Source: a virus
Taxonomy: Duplodnaviria; Caudoviricetes
Reading direction: 5' to 3' (one strand)
Length of the DNA: 52,801 nt
Virus record (IMG/VR): IMGVR_UViG_3300021600_000007
Span: 1-52,801 of that record
Part shown: positions 27,045 through 37,467 of the stretch, piece by piece
How positions within the stretch are numbered: position 1 is the stretch's first letter
How the letters are laid out: every line of letters starts with the position of its first letter
Program-made: the position numbers and the translations under genes
Notes under the pieces: generated by a model
Database searches by the model: none
What the model was told of the DNA's origin: nothing
Seen by the model: the letters and a program-made list of their open reading frames with translations, nothing else

Positions 27045-27392
27045 ATGAAAGTTAAAATCAACGACAACATCTTTAAAGTTAAAACACTGATAGATAGCAA
27101 ATCTAAATCTATTGGAATGATGGGTAAGAAATTTGATAAAACTTTTAACGGATTGTTATTCTTAACAGGTGGTGACAAGCAATCTTTTTGGATGAAGAAT
27201 TGTATCATACCGTTAGACATCATCATTATTAAAAATAATGTGATTGTTAATATACACCACAATTGCCCTCCATGTCGTGGAAATGAATGTCCAAGTTACG
27301 GTGGAAACGGAAATATTGTATTAGAAGTTAAGGGTGGAACTTGTGAATATTTGGATATTGAAGCTGGAGATACCGTTGATTACTTACTTTGA
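27045..27392 (+). CDS. DUF192 family protein
   Basis: GMM..GLLF..FWMKNC.IPLDII..VLEV.GG. Confidence 0.85.
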   Translation: MKVKINDNIFKVKTLIDSKSKSIGMMGKKFDKTFNGLLFLTGGDKQSFWMKNCIIPLDIIIIKNNVIVNIHHNCPPCRGNECPSYGGNGNIVLEVKGGTCEYLDIEAGDTVDYLL

Positions 27393-28781
27393 TTCGGCAA
27401 TCTTTTCTTTAAGTTTCTTTTCAAACTCAGTCGCAATCATCTTTGTAAACTTAACTGAAGGTGAATCATCTTTTTCAGAATCATATTTATATTGTCCTTG
27501 AGGTGGTCTTTTACCTCTTCCCAAATAATTTAAACCTGAAATGTTTGTGATACATTTGTGTCCACCTGAATTTGATTGAATTAAATCCCAAGCGTTAATT
27601 CCTATTTTATCTAACATAGCTCTATGTTCTTCAGTCAAATCTTTGAATGGTGTTTCCATCATTTCATGAATATGGTCTAAAGCCTTTTCACCACCGTCAA
27701 TTGTGGTAAACTTATCACCATATAAAGCTTCAAAATCTTTAAATGTAAATCCAATACTTTCAGGACCTACAGAAGTTTCACTAACCCACTTAATAGTTGA
27801 TAAAGGAATTGTTCTTTGTTTTAGTTGGTCTTCCCATTTACCTACAACTTCTTGAGCAATCTCGCCTAAGTTAACACCTTTTAACTCTCTTTCTTTTTTG
27901 AATGGATTACAAGACGCTTGAACTAATCCCATTGGCCACGCCATAATTAAAAAGTCAGCATCAGGATTATTTCTGAATGGAGTATATCTATCATAAGAGC
28001 CAGGTTTAAACATACTACCACCACCATATTGGAAAATAATACTATCACTAACTCTTGGATAACCTTTCATTTTTGTTTTATAATCTTCAGCGTTTTTTTG
28101 TAGTTCTTCTGGTTTTGCAGCATTTGTTCTCTTCATCCATTCTTTAATGTTTGTTAAAATAGACATTAAAGATGGTTCAGAATCCATAACTAATGATTCT
28201 AAAAACCCTGGTTTGTTTTTAAACGCCAATAATAACTTATTAATAACCAAACCTAATAACATTTTGTTTTTTTGAAGTGGTTTCTCTTTATCTAATCGGT
28301 AGATATAGTTTACAACCTCATCAGGTGTAATATCATGTTTAGCATAATCTGCAGAGTCAACCGTATTAATTAATAAAATATCTGAAGATGGAAACAAATC
28401 TTTTGGTGATACCACTTGAGATATTGTTTCTACATTTGAACGAGCTCCTCTAAATTGTTTTGAAGTTCCCTTTTCAACACCAACTTGTTTGTCGTGGTGG
28501 TCCGTATGAATTACGAACATTGGCTTACCGTGAGCAAAGTCTACAAGAACTGGCATCACATCTCCCTGAGCATCATTCTTTTTAACTGCAAATTCTTTGT
28601 CACCGTATTGGATTATGTGAGCACCCACTACATCAATACCATTGTCTTCAAGGTATCTTTTCATTGCGATTGCAGTCGTCACGCCATCCAAATCTTGGTG
28701 GAAGTATATCTCTGCTTTAGAATATCTTTTCTTTAACTCAGAAATATCTCTTATTCCTGTTTCTTTAATTAGTTTTCTCAT
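27384..28781 (-). CDS. DHH-family phosphoesterase-like protein
   Basis: HQDLDG, VDF, TDHH, GGH motifs. Confidence 0.7.
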   Translation of the reverse strand: MRKLIKETGIRDISELKKRYSKAEIYFHQDLDGVTTAIAMKRYLEDNGIDVVGAHIIQYGDKEFAVKKNDAQGDVMPVLVDFAHGKPMFVIHTDHHDKQVGVEKGTSKQFRGARSNVETISQVVSPKDLFPSSDILLINTVDSADYAKHDITPDEVVNYIYRLDKEKPLQKNKMLLGLVINKLLLAFKNKPGFLESLVMDSEPSLMSILTNIKEWMKRTNAAKPEELQKNAEDYKTKMKGYPRVSDSIIFQYGGGSMFKPGSYDRYTPFRNNPDADFLIMAWPMGLVQASCNPFKKERELKGVNLGEIAQEVVGKWEDQLKQRTIPLSTIKWVSETSVGPESIGFTFKDFEALYGDKFTTIDGGEKALDHIHEMMETPFKDLTEEHRAMLDKIGINAWDLIQSNSGGHKCITNISGLNYLGRGKRPPQGQYKYDSEKDDSPSVKFTKMIATEFEKKLKEKIAESK

Positions 28782-29188
28782 TAATCCCAAGATGCTGTCA
28801 CTTTAATACCATTATTACCCAATTCAACACCAAACATAACTCCCATATCACCTTTTTTAATTTTAGCTAATTCACCTTTTGGTACAAAAGTTAACTCACC
28901 ATCTTCATTAGTAATTTCAATAAAATCTTTAGATTTAAATTGTTTACCCGTAGGATTTGATACACCTCCAACTTTAACTCCACGAGAATTTACAATCTCC
29001 CAAACGTACTCAGGATTTTGCATCCATTTATATTCTGTTGGAAATTCAGACCTATGTGCAAAGTTTTTCTTTGCAATATCACTAAGAGAACCTTTCATTG
29101 ATGGAGTCATACTTTCTTCTTCTTGAATCACTCTTTTAACTATTCGAGCTAAATCAGATTCAGTTAATCTTATAATTTTTTGTCCCAT
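28781..29188 (-). CDS. hypothetical protein with KIIRLTESDLARIVKRVIQEE tag
   Basis: 135 aa ORF. Confidence 0.7.
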   Translation of the reverse strand: MGQKIIRLTESDLARIVKRVIQEEESMTPSMKGSLSDIAKKNFAHRSEFPTEYKWMQNPEYVWEIVNSRGVKVGGVSNPTGKQFKSKDFIEITNEDGELTFVPKGELAKIKKGDMGVMFGVELGNNGIKVTASWD

Positions 29189-29189
29189 G

Positions 29190-29561
29190 TTAGAATTTTA
29201 AAGTTAATAAGTATTTTAATTGATTAATATCACCTAACATCTCATCTCTAAGGTTAAGTAAATCAGTATCATATCTTGGGTCTAATTGGTCTGTCATTGA
29301 AACTAAAAATTCAGTGATTCCGTCCATAAAGTCTTGTACACTTAATGACTTAATGTCTTGAAACATAATGGAAAACTCACCATCAAAGTCAGGTCTACCG
29401 TATTTACCCATCATAGCCTCAGTAAATTTATCTATAAGTTCACCTAAACTATCATATATCCCACCATAGGCTCTGTGTTTAGCGTCACCAAATGTTTGCC
29501 AATGCAAAAATCTAAATTGATTTTGTATTTGGACTAGTTTTAAAATTAATTCTTCTTTCAT
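29190..29561 (-). CDS. ferritin/Dps-like four-helix protein (DUF5856-like)
   Basis: HWQT...H.A....Y.....ID...E..MGKYGR; DE......KYLLTL. Confidence 0.75.
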   Translation of the reverse strand: MKEELILKLVQIQNQFRFLHWQTFGDAKHRAYGGIYDSLGELIDKFTEAMMGKYGRPDFDGEFSIMFQDIKSLSVQDFMDGITEFLVSMTDQLDPRYDTDLLNLRDEMLGDINQLKYLLTLKF

Positions 29562-29571
29562 ATATTATGTA

Positions 29572-30606
29572 TTATAGTGCCGCCATGGCAATGTTTTTTA
29601 ATTGTCCTCCAAATATATCTGACATAAACCCTTGAATTGGGTCAGAACCTGAAGATGATGTTGAACTTGATGGAGGTGTTTGCGATGTATTTTGTGTATT
29701 TTGATTTGTGTTAGCACTTCCAAAGTCAGCTTCAGCATTTCTTTTACCTTCCTGAGTTTGTGAATATTGTTCCATTTTTTTAGTTAAATTTCCTTCACCC
29801 ATTTTTTTTGCCAATTCATCAGGTCCAACAAAATTGGCAACACCAATAAAATCTAAAAATCCTAACCAAAACTTTGTTCGTCTCATTAAAACTCTCATTT
29901 CTCTATTACCAAATAATCTTGGCGCACCACCTAAAAATATTTTAGCCATAGGACCTTTTTTAGTTAAACCTGTGAATATTTTTTCATTTTTTAACATTTT
30001 TTGTAAAGCAGCAATATTTTCTGCAGGTTTGGCCGCATTTCCAATATATTTTGAAAGGTTTCCAGCGGCTTTTTGAAATTTAGCACTTTTAGCTCCAGCG
30101 TTTTCTAATAATTTCAAATAATCTAATATAGTATTTCTTAAACCTTTGAGTGGTCCTCCAGGAAGTTTTTCAACATATGATGCAACTTTTGGTGACCATG
30201 ATTTTGCACTCTGTAAAAATTTACCAACAACACCAGGTTCTTTTGCTAATTTTGCTAAACTAGCACTTGCTTCAGCAGTTTTACCTACCTTAGCTAAATC
30301 CATAGCAATTTTTAATTCTTTAGTTGCCGTACCCCCTATTTTTAATGCTCCGACTACAGGTTTTGAAATAATGTCACCAACATATGGTACAGCGGAAATA
30401 ATACTAAGTATTCCAAATAAAGTATCTCCTTGTGAAAAATAAGATATTCCATTAATTATATCGATTGTTGGTGTGGGGTCAAAAATACCTGCAATATCAC
30501 CAACAGTGTTATACCATTCAGACTCATTAATATCCTGATTCTCCTTTAATACCTGTTCTTTAGTTATTAAAGCCAATTGTCGTTCTGTGATTATAATATT
30601 AGACAT
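29572..30606 (-). CDS. hypothetical protein with pre-toxin-TG-like segment and MSNIIITERQL tag
   Basis: DIAGIFDP...DIING..YFSQGD...G.LS..SAVPYVGD. Confidence 0.6.
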   Translation of the reverse strand: MSNIIITERQLALITKEQVLKENQDINESEWYNTVGDIAGIFDPTPTIDIINGISYFSQGDTLFGILSIISAVPYVGDIISKPVVGALKIGGTATKELKIAMDLAKVGKTAEASASLAKLAKEPGVVGKFLQSAKSWSPKVASYVEKLPGGPLKGLRNTILDYLKLLENAGAKSAKFQKAAGNLSKYIGNAAKPAENIAALQKMLKNEKIFTGLTKKGPMAKIFLGGAPRLFGNREMRVLMRRTKFWLGFLDFIGVANFVGPDELAKKMGEGNLTKKMEQYSQTQEGKRNAEADFGSANTNQNTQNTSQTPPSSSTSSSGSDPIQGFMSDIFGGQLKNIAMAAL

Positions 30607-30660
30607 TCAATTTTTATTAATAAATATCCATAAAACAAAAAAAAGGGTTATTAAACCCTT

Positions 30661-31512
30661 TTATTTAAATTCCATTTCAATTTGTTTATTCTTATCTATA
30701 AAATGTTGGACTCTTTCTTGAGCAACTTTATTATAATTTTCACTTAATTCTATTCCAATCCATCTTCTACCACTAATCTCTGCAGCAACCATACTTGTTC
30801 CACTACCACAGAATGGGTCAAGGACAACATCATTCTTATATGTAAGAATCTTAATAGCTTTCATTGGAATATCCATTGAGAAAGTTGCTTTAGTTTGTTG
30901 TCTTGTATCGGCAAAATATTCCCACTGACCATAAACCAAAGACATAAATTCTTTTTTGTCCTCATCTTGATAAACGGCTTTAGTTTTTACGGTACCATCT
31001 TCTTGTTCTAAGTCAACCATCTCAGATTTCCATTGTGGTTCACCTTTAATTTTTTTGATACGGTCTTTCTTGTAAGCCAAGATAACACATTCCTTTGGGT
31101 TGTATATGTAAGGACTTGATGGACTCATCCATGAACCCCAAGCTGTGGTCTTACTTCTGTGTGGTGAATTCTCATCAAGGTCAACAAGACCATAAAACTT
31201 AAACCCGACCTCTTTCATGATGGTCCAAAACTCTGACATGAACAATACTCGTCCACCTCTGTCCTGTACGTTTACTTCGTAAGGAATGTTTACCGCAATC
31301 CTTCCATCATCTTTTAATGTGTTGTAGGCTTCGGTTAACCATTGTCGTGAAAACTCCCAATAGTCCTCCATACTCATTCTGTCGTCATGACTATCGTAGT
31401 CAATTCCAACATTATATGGTGGTGATGTCACAACCAAATCAACACAACCCTCAGGTAATGTTTTCATTACCTCAATACAATCACCTTGTAATATTTTTCC
31501 CGTTTCTATCAT
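30661..31512 (-). CDS. DNA methyltransferase (N4-C/N6-A, beta class)
   Basis: VTSPPY followed by VLDPFCGSGT. Confidence 0.92.
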   Translation of the reverse strand: MIETGKILQGDCIEVMKTLPEGCVDLVVTSPPYNVGIDYDSHDDRMSMEDYWEFSRQWLTEAYNTLKDDGRIAVNIPYEVNVQDRGGRVLFMSEFWTIMKEVGFKFYGLVDLDENSPHRSKTTAWGSWMSPSSPYIYNPKECVILAYKKDRIKKIKGEPQWKSEMVDLEQEDGTVKTKAVYQDEDKKEFMSLVYGQWEYFADTRQQTKATFSMDIPMKAIKILTYKNDVVLDPFCGSGTSMVAAEISGRRWIGIELSENYNKVAQERVQHFIDKNKQIEMEFK

Positions 31513-31733
31513 ATCTTATTTTTCTTTAAATTTTCTATTCTCCTTTGAAGATACCATAGAGCCTTATTAAGGTCTTGTAATTCTTTATCTGTTTCTTTTT
31601 TTCCCGCCCTTGAAATATACTTAACGGTATTTCCAAGATGGAAATTTAACTCCCATGCTTCAATCACTTTAATTGCTTCATATGGATTATCTTCCCCTCC
31701 GTAATGTTGGGGGTGATTAACTTGTTCACTCAT
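31509..31733 (-). CDS. DUF3310 family protein
   Basis: VNHPQHY..EAI..F.LGN..KY..RAGKK..DL.KA.WYL. Confidence 0.88.
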   Translation of the reverse strand: MSEQVNHPQHYGGEDNPYEAIKVIEAWELNFHLGNTVKYISRAGKKETDKELQDLNKALWYLQRRIENLKKNKI

Positions 31734-31899
31734 TTTCTTTTTCTATATAAAAACCAATTTTTGGTTGTTGATGGATAATCTCTTTCAACTTTTCATTTTC
31801 TTGATTAAGTGGTTTAATTGCCATTAAATACATCATCATTGCACCTACCCACATTCCAACACAACCTGCAATTATTAATTCAACTATTGTACTTTTCAT
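31726..31899 (-). CDS. small membrane protein
   Basis: one TM helix. Confidence 0.55.
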   Translation of the reverse strand: MKSTIVELIIAGCVGMWVGAMMMYLMAIKPLNQENEKLKEIIHQQPKIGFYIEKENE

Positions 31900-31900
31900 T

Positions 31901-33106
31901 TTATTTCCCATTTAAATTAAACTTTATTTCCTCAGGTTTTGTATTCGCCTTGGACTCCATCATCTCAGATGTTAATTCATATTCTTCATCATTTTGATAC
32001 TCATTGAGTAATTCTTCATTTGAAAGTGTGCCAAACTTTTCATTTAAATCACTAGTATTATAATCACTCATATTATTTTTCATGGTCATAAGTTCTTCCG
32101 CAAATTTTAAACTATCCAAAATTACTTTTGTAACTCTATATGGGTCAGCGTTTGAACCTGGTCTTCTATCTTCCAAATATCCTGTCCAAGATGATGCCGT
32201 AGATATAGGAACTCTAATTGACGCTCCTCTGTCAGCAATACCCCAAGAGAATTTATCCATTGATTGTGTTTCGTTTTTACCAGTCAATCTGTATTCATTA
32301 CCAGAACCATAATTTTTAATATGAACATCATGTCTTGATTCAAATGCATTGAAAATAGATTTGAAGTACTCTTCACCACCTTCAGTTCTCATTCTTTCAT
32401 TGGAGAAGTTGCAGTGCATTCCTGAACCATTCCAATCGCCATGTCTTATTGGTTTTGGATTCAAATCAATATTTAAATTATAATACTCAGCAACTTTGTA
32501 TAACAAATAACGAGACATCCACAAATCATCAGATGCTTTAATCGCTCCTTTAGAGAATAGTTGGTATTCCCATTGACCTAACAAAACTTCAGCATTTACA
32601 CCAGTAATGTCTAATCCAGCATTTAAACATAGTTGTAAGTGCATGTCAACAAATTCTCTTTCTGACACATTTTTTGTACCTACACCACAATAATATTCTC
32701 CTTGATGTTTAGGAAATCCTTTTTCAGGAAATCCAGCGATATTACCGTCTTTGGTTTTTAGAACATATTCTTGTTCAAATCCAAACCATATAGAATCATC
32801 ATCTAAACCTATTTCAGCTCTTAAATTAGATTTGTGTTCATTCCCAGTCATTGGGTCCATTACCTCGCACAAAACATAGTTAGTTGCATATTGACTAATA
32901 TCAAATGACGGATAAAGTCTTACAGGTCGGAGAATACAATCTGAAAAATTACCTTCAGCTTGTTTAGTAGATGAACCATCAAACGACCATAATGGTAAGT
33001 CATCCAATCCAAATTCCATTGGTAAATCAAGGATTTTAATTTTACTTCTTAAATTTGGTTCGGGACTGTATCCATCTAACCAAATATATTCTAATTTAGT
33101 TTTCAT
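31901..33106 (-). CDS. glnII: glutamine synthetase type II
   Basis: EYIWLDG..LRSK, W.FDGSST.QA, GFEQEY, YYCGVG, NAEV..GQWE, PKP..GDWNGSG.H, RGASIR, EDRRP.SN.DPY. Confidence 0.92.
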   Translation of the reverse strand: MKTKLEYIWLDGYSPEPNLRSKIKILDLPMEFGLDDLPLWSFDGSSTKQAEGNFSDCILRPVRLYPSFDISQYATNYVLCEVMDPMTGNEHKSNLRAEIGLDDDSIWFGFEQEYVLKTKDGNIAGFPEKGFPKHQGEYYCGVGTKNVSEREFVDMHLQLCLNAGLDITGVNAEVLLGQWEYQLFSKGAIKASDDLWMSRYLLYKVAEYYNLNIDLNPKPIRHGDWNGSGMHCNFSNERMRTEGGEEYFKSIFNAFESRHDVHIKNYGSGNEYRLTGKNETQSMDKFSWGIADRGASIRVPISTASSWTGYLEDRRPGSNADPYRVTKVILDSLKFAEELMTMKNNMSDYNTSDLNEKFGTLSNEELLNEYQNDEEYELTSEMMESKANTKPEEIKFNLNGK

Positions 33107-33128
33107 TTTATTATAATTGTTGTTTTAT

Positions 33129-33317
33129 TTACACGGTTTTAATTACATAATAATCTTTTGCATATTTAGATTCTTCGATTACATTTTCATCAATAAGATT
33201 ATTTAATATAACTCTTGTATCATCTTCGGAAACTCTGAGAATATATTTTGAAATATAATCTATGTGAATCGGTTGTCTTAATTTAGACAATAATGTTTTA
33301 GTTGTTTTACTATCCAT
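33129..33317 (-). CDS. small winged-helix-like protein
   Basis: 62 aa ORF in operon. Confidence 0.55.
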   Translation of the reverse strand: MDSKTTKTLLSKLRQPIHIDYISKYILRVSEDDTRVILNNLIDENVIEESKYAKDYYVIKTV

Positions 33318-33503
33318 CTATTTAATTATTAATTCTAAAATTTCTTTATCCGTCTTACCTTCCTCGTGAAGTTTAAATATATCACGACTTTTTTGGTCCA
33401 TAAAAAAAAGAGAATCACTTTTACCGTAATACTCTTTCAGTCTATTATTCTCAAGTGCCGACAAGCTTCTGTCGTAATTAATAAGTCGTTTATTGAATCC
33501 CAC
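33318..33503 (-). CDS. hypothetical protein
   Basis: GTG start after TATATTTG. Confidence 0.55.
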   Translation of the reverse strand: MGFNKRLINYDRSLSALENNRLKEYYGKSDSLFFMDQKSRDIFKLHEEGKTDKEILELIIK

Positions 33504-33521
33504 GACACAAATATAGGTAAA

Positions 33522-34301
33522 TTATATTTTAGAGTCAAAGTTTTTTACCTTAACCATGTTAACTATTTGAAAAATATATGCGGTCACTTTTCTTTTCATG
33601 ATTGGTACCATGGCTTGTTCCATTGGAAAATCTTGATTACTGGACATTTCAAACACTGGTAGTCCTTTATAATTAGTGGTTTTGTTGAACTTGGAGTAAT
33701 TTTCAATAATTGAAACTAATGTTGTGTTTTCAGGATGACTCTCATATATCTTAGTTATATATGTCTGAGTTAAACCTTTCCCTCCTCGTTTCCTTTTTAT
33801 TTCATATTCCCAAACATAGATTTTATTCTCAGTCTTTCTATAATAAAAAACATACCCAGAACCTGATGCCAAATTTTCTTTATTTCTTTTAATTGAAATA
33901 TCAACACTATCAAAAACAATATTCCAAATAGATTTTGCAACATTGAATGTGTCAAATAATTTATCGTTTGAATATCTGATTGTTTTATTTAATTCACCCT
34001 CTTCTTCTTTTGATAATTCTCTTGGTTTCTTTGGATATAAATCTTTTAACATGATTTCATCATCACACGAATTAAATTTCTTATCTGTTAAAAGAAGGGT
34101 ATTTTCTTTGGATAGGGATTGAAGGTTTGCCAAATGTAATGATAACTCAACAAAATCAGGATAAATCTCAAACTTATCCAACCTTTGTTCGCACTTTTGA
34201 ATGTAATCCAACAAAGTATATTTGTTGTATTCAAAATCCAAAGGTTCTTTTAACATCCACTCAGGATTTAGCTTGAATGCTAATTTCTTTCTTCTCCCCA
34301 T
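33522..34301 (-). CDS. hypothetical protein
   Basis: 259 aa; W...P.DFEY.KY.LL.Y motif. Confidence 0.7.
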   Translation of the reverse strand: MGRRKKLAFKLNPEWMLKEPLDFEYNKYTLLDYIQKCEQRLDKFEIYPDFVELSLHLANLQSLSKENTLLLTDKKFNSCDDEIMLKDLYPKKPRELSKEEEGELNKTIRYSNDKLFDTFNVAKSIWNIVFDSVDISIKRNKENLASGSGYVFYYRKTENKIYVWEYEIKRKRGGKGLTQTYITKIYESHPENTTLVSIIENYSKFNKTTNYKGLPVFEMSSNQDFPMEQAMVPIMKRKVTAYIFQIVNMVKVKNFDSKI

Positions 34302-34327
34302 ATAATAATTATAACCAAATAAAATTC

Positions 34328-36088
34328 TTAATCAATCCTCATTACGTAATAGGTCTCACCTTTAACGTTAATTTCATCGGCACTTCCATCATAACCATTT
34401 AATGTGGTACCATATCCATCTTCGTCAACAACCGCCCTAATGAATGCATCTTTGTCTATATACTCATTCATTTCTAATCCCCACTCATTCATAAAACCTT
34501 CTACGTCATTTTTTACGTCTTCAACTCTATTTTCAATTATCTCTTCAAGTAGTTCATTAGGGAAATCACCTTCAGGGTCATCTTTAATATCTTCAATCTC
34601 TGTGTCCATCTCAGTAATCTCATCATTCAACTCATCAATCCTTTCTTCAATATCCTCATCATCCTCACCATCCATACTACCTTCCAATTTGGTTATTAAC
34701 TCTCTATATTTTTCTATTTTATCTTGTAAGATTAAAATCTTTTCTTCTTGTTTTGGAGATAAATTTCTTTGCTCATCATCCAAATAAGAGTCAGGACTCT
34801 CATAAACATCTTGGTTGAATAAATCTTCGGCATATGAAATAACCGCATCCTCATCAATATGTTGTTTCACAAAATTAGAATTGAATCCTTCAAACCCTAT
34901 GTCATCAATTAATTGTTCAACATATTCATAAGCACTTGTTTCCATCTCATTCTCATCACCAACAACATATCTACGGTCTTCTACCTCAGGAGCTCCAATC
35001 ACTTCAAACTCCGACGCATCATAATAAGTTCCCGTTGGGATAATATTATATACATCTATCTTGTTATTTAATTCAGTTAACTCATCTTCCAACTCACTTA
35101 TTTCATCTAACAAATCACCTCTTACTTCATCGTCATTATCATATTCCGCTTGAAGTCGGTCAATTTCATTTTGAATTCTTGCAATCTCGCCTCGGTCTTG
35201 GTTGGTCATTACTTCAATATCACCTTCTATCTCAAGTAATTTCAATAACGCATGAGCCTTCAATCCAATTTCAGGACAAGCAGGGTCATCTAAAGACCAC
35301 CAATTATCCAATCTTCTTTCTTGGGCTTCAGTTTCTCGTTGTCTTAATATTTGAGATTGTCTTGCTTTTTCCAATCGGTCTCTTTCTTTTCGAGCCAATT
35401 CTATATCACTATAAATCTTAACTTGGTCAGGATAAGTTGATTTAATATAATCATCAACCGAACTTAAAATCTCGTTTAACTTATTTGTTCCAAAAATCCA
35501 GCCACCATTAACTGTTGCGTCCAAAGCATCATAATAGGTTTTATCCCCATCAAATTTTTGAAGTAATGCGACCTTATAAAACTTATTGTCAGATGGTGCA
35601 GTTCGGTCCAAGATATAAAATAATTTACCGTCTTGATTATATCTGTTGAACTGGTGGTCTGAATCCGCAGTGGTACACCATTTAGTACCTTTACCATAAT
35701 AACATGATGAATCATGGGTTAAGGGATTTACAACAAAGAATCTACCATCATCATAAACAACATTTCCACCTTCAACTTTTTTAATTACTCGTCTTTGTTT
35801 CCCCTCATACTCTGAAAGAGCAGACAATAGTTGTCCTAAATTTTTGTATTGAAATAAATCTGTGATTGGAAGGTTAGTAGATATTTTTTGAAACTTGTCT
35901 AAGGCTTGACTAATCTTTGAAAAGTTGTCCTCAAAATTAACCATGTCCAAGTTTTTACCAACCCAATCCAAATATTTTTGTGGGACTGCCCCAAGAATTT
36001 TATTTACATTCTCTGTACCAAACTTTTGTGAGTACTTGGCTTTGAAGTCATCAACTCGTCCTTCTTGTATTAATTTTAAAAAATCCAT
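34328..36088 (-). CDS. 'YG.GT.WCT' domain protein (paralog 2) with highly acidic coiled-coil C-terminus
   Basis: SCYYGKGTKWCTT..FNRY..G.LFYILD; ATG 36088 after TATTTAT. Confidence 0.75.
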   Translation of the reverse strand: MDFLKLIQEGRVDDFKAKYSQKFGTENVNKILGAVPQKYLDWVGKNLDMVNFEDNFSKISQALDKFQKISTNLPITDLFQYKNLGQLLSALSEYEGKQRRVIKKVEGGNVVYDDGRFFVVNPLTHDSSCYYGKGTKWCTTADSDHQFNRYNQDGKLFYILDRTAPSDNKFYKVALLQKFDGDKTYYDALDATVNGGWIFGTNKLNEILSSVDDYIKSTYPDQVKIYSDIELARKERDRLEKARQSQILRQRETEAQERRLDNWWSLDDPACPEIGLKAHALLKLLEIEGDIEVMTNQDRGEIARIQNEIDRLQAEYDNDDEVRGDLLDEISELEDELTELNNKIDVYNIIPTGTYYDASEFEVIGAPEVEDRRYVVGDENEMETSAYEYVEQLIDDIGFEGFNSNFVKQHIDEDAVISYAEDLFNQDVYESPDSYLDDEQRNLSPKQEEKILILQDKIEKYRELITKLEGSMDGEDDEDIEERIDELNDEITEMDTEIEDIKDDPEGDFPNELLEEIIENRVEDVKNDVEGFMNEWGLEMNEYIDKDAFIRAVVDEDGYGTTLNGYDGSADEINVKGETYYVMRID

Positions 36089-36184
36089 TGTATCTTTAAT
36101 TGATAAATATTCTTTTACTCTTATATTTCCACAAAGATAGTATTTATTATCAAGAAACAAATAAACAATCTAAATTACAATATC

Positions 36185-36346
36185 ATGGGATGCGGATGCA
36201 AAAATAACGGAAACCAATCACAACAGCCTTCACCTCAACAGGTTCAACAGGCTGCGGCTCAGAAACAACAAACTAACGAAAGTGTTAAAGCGGCTATCAA
36301 AAAAACAGTTGAGAAGTACTACAACGTAAACAAAACGAGTAAGTAA
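36185..36346 (+). CDS. small MGCGCK protein (not in ORF track)
   Basis: 53 aa MGCGCKNNGNQSQQ...NESVKAAIKKTVEKYY; TATTTAT upstream. Confidence 0.65.
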   Translation: MGCGCKNNGNQSQQPSPQQVQQAAAQKQQTNESVKAAIKKTVEKYYNVNKTSK

Positions 36347-36413
36347 TGTTACACATTTGAGAAAATTAAGGAGGGGGCAATGAGAATTGTCCCTTTTTTC
36401 ATATTTATATTAT

Positions 36414-37403
36414 ATGGATATTAATGATTTAATAGAAAAGTTTAATGAGGGAGAATTAGATGTTGAATCATATTTCAATGACTACGAAACTTTTTTCAAC
36501 ATTTTAAAGAAAAGAGGTGTTATGTCTCAAGTAGACCCCGAAGCTCCTAACTCTGAAGAATGGCAGAACGAATACTTTATTTGGTTATATTCTAATGACA
36601 AAGAAAAATTTGATGCATATATTGAAAAATTATTAGGTGATGTTGAGATTGTTAATGATACACCATATTTAATTCTTGATTCAAGAGGTGAACTTGCCAA
36701 ATTATTTTGTAGTGGCAATAGAAACGATATGAGTCAAGATACTATTGAATCAATTTTATATGGTGAATATGACAGAGATTTTTATTACGATTCAACCGAT
36801 GATGTTTATAGAGATGTTATTCAAGAACTTACCAAAGAAAATTTAAAGAGATTAAAAGAATATATCATTCAAACTTTAGATGGTCAACAATTATCCACAG
36901 ATACGGAAGTTCTTGAATCTATCTCCAAATCTCAAGGTAATGATTATGTAACCGTTGATGAAACAAACATTGATGAAATTGTTGATGATGAAGAAACTAT
37001 GAATGAATTAATGAAAGATGAATTAGGTGAGTTGAAATCTGAATTATATAGTGTGCATGGTGGTGCGTACAATACAGCTTATGAAGATGATTTGTATGAT
37101 TCTATTTGGAGTAAGCTTGAAGAGTTTTTTCAAGGTCCTGGTGAATGGTTAAACAGACCTCACACATATAAAAAAGATACTCAAGTCCAAAAATTTAAAG
37201 TACCTATCAACAATTTCTACAGTAACATTTTAGATTATCTACAAGATAATAAGGGTTATAGTAATGGTAATTTAGAATATCATGGTTCTTATGTAGACAT
37301 ATTAGATGAGGGACAGGAATGTTTAAGTGTTTATGCCCCTGATTATCCTGACTCAAGAAAAGTAGATAAATATATCAACGAATTCTTTAACGATTACATT
37401 TAA
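36414..37403 (+). CDS. acidic hypothetical protein
   Basis: ATG 36414 after TATTTAT. Confidence 0.75.
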   Translation: MDINDLIEKFNEGELDVESYFNDYETFFNILKKRGVMSQVDPEAPNSEEWQNEYFIWLYSNDKEKFDAYIEKLLGDVEIVNDTPYLILDSRGELAKLFCSGNRNDMSQDTIESILYGEYDRDFYYDSTDDVYRDVIQELTKENLKRLKEYIIQTLDGQQLSTDTEVLESISKSQGNDYVTVDETNIDEIVDDEETMNELMKDELGELKSELYSVHGGAYNTAYEDDLYDSIWSKLEEFFQGPGEWLNRPHTYKKDTQVQKFKVPINNFYSNILDYLQDNKGYSNGNLEYHGSYVDILDEGQECLSVYAPDYPDSRKVDKYINEFFNDYI

Positions 37404-37467
37404 TATTCTTTTTACGAATTAAATTGTTTATACTTAAACAAGAATAAATTCTTTTAAAGAAATACCA

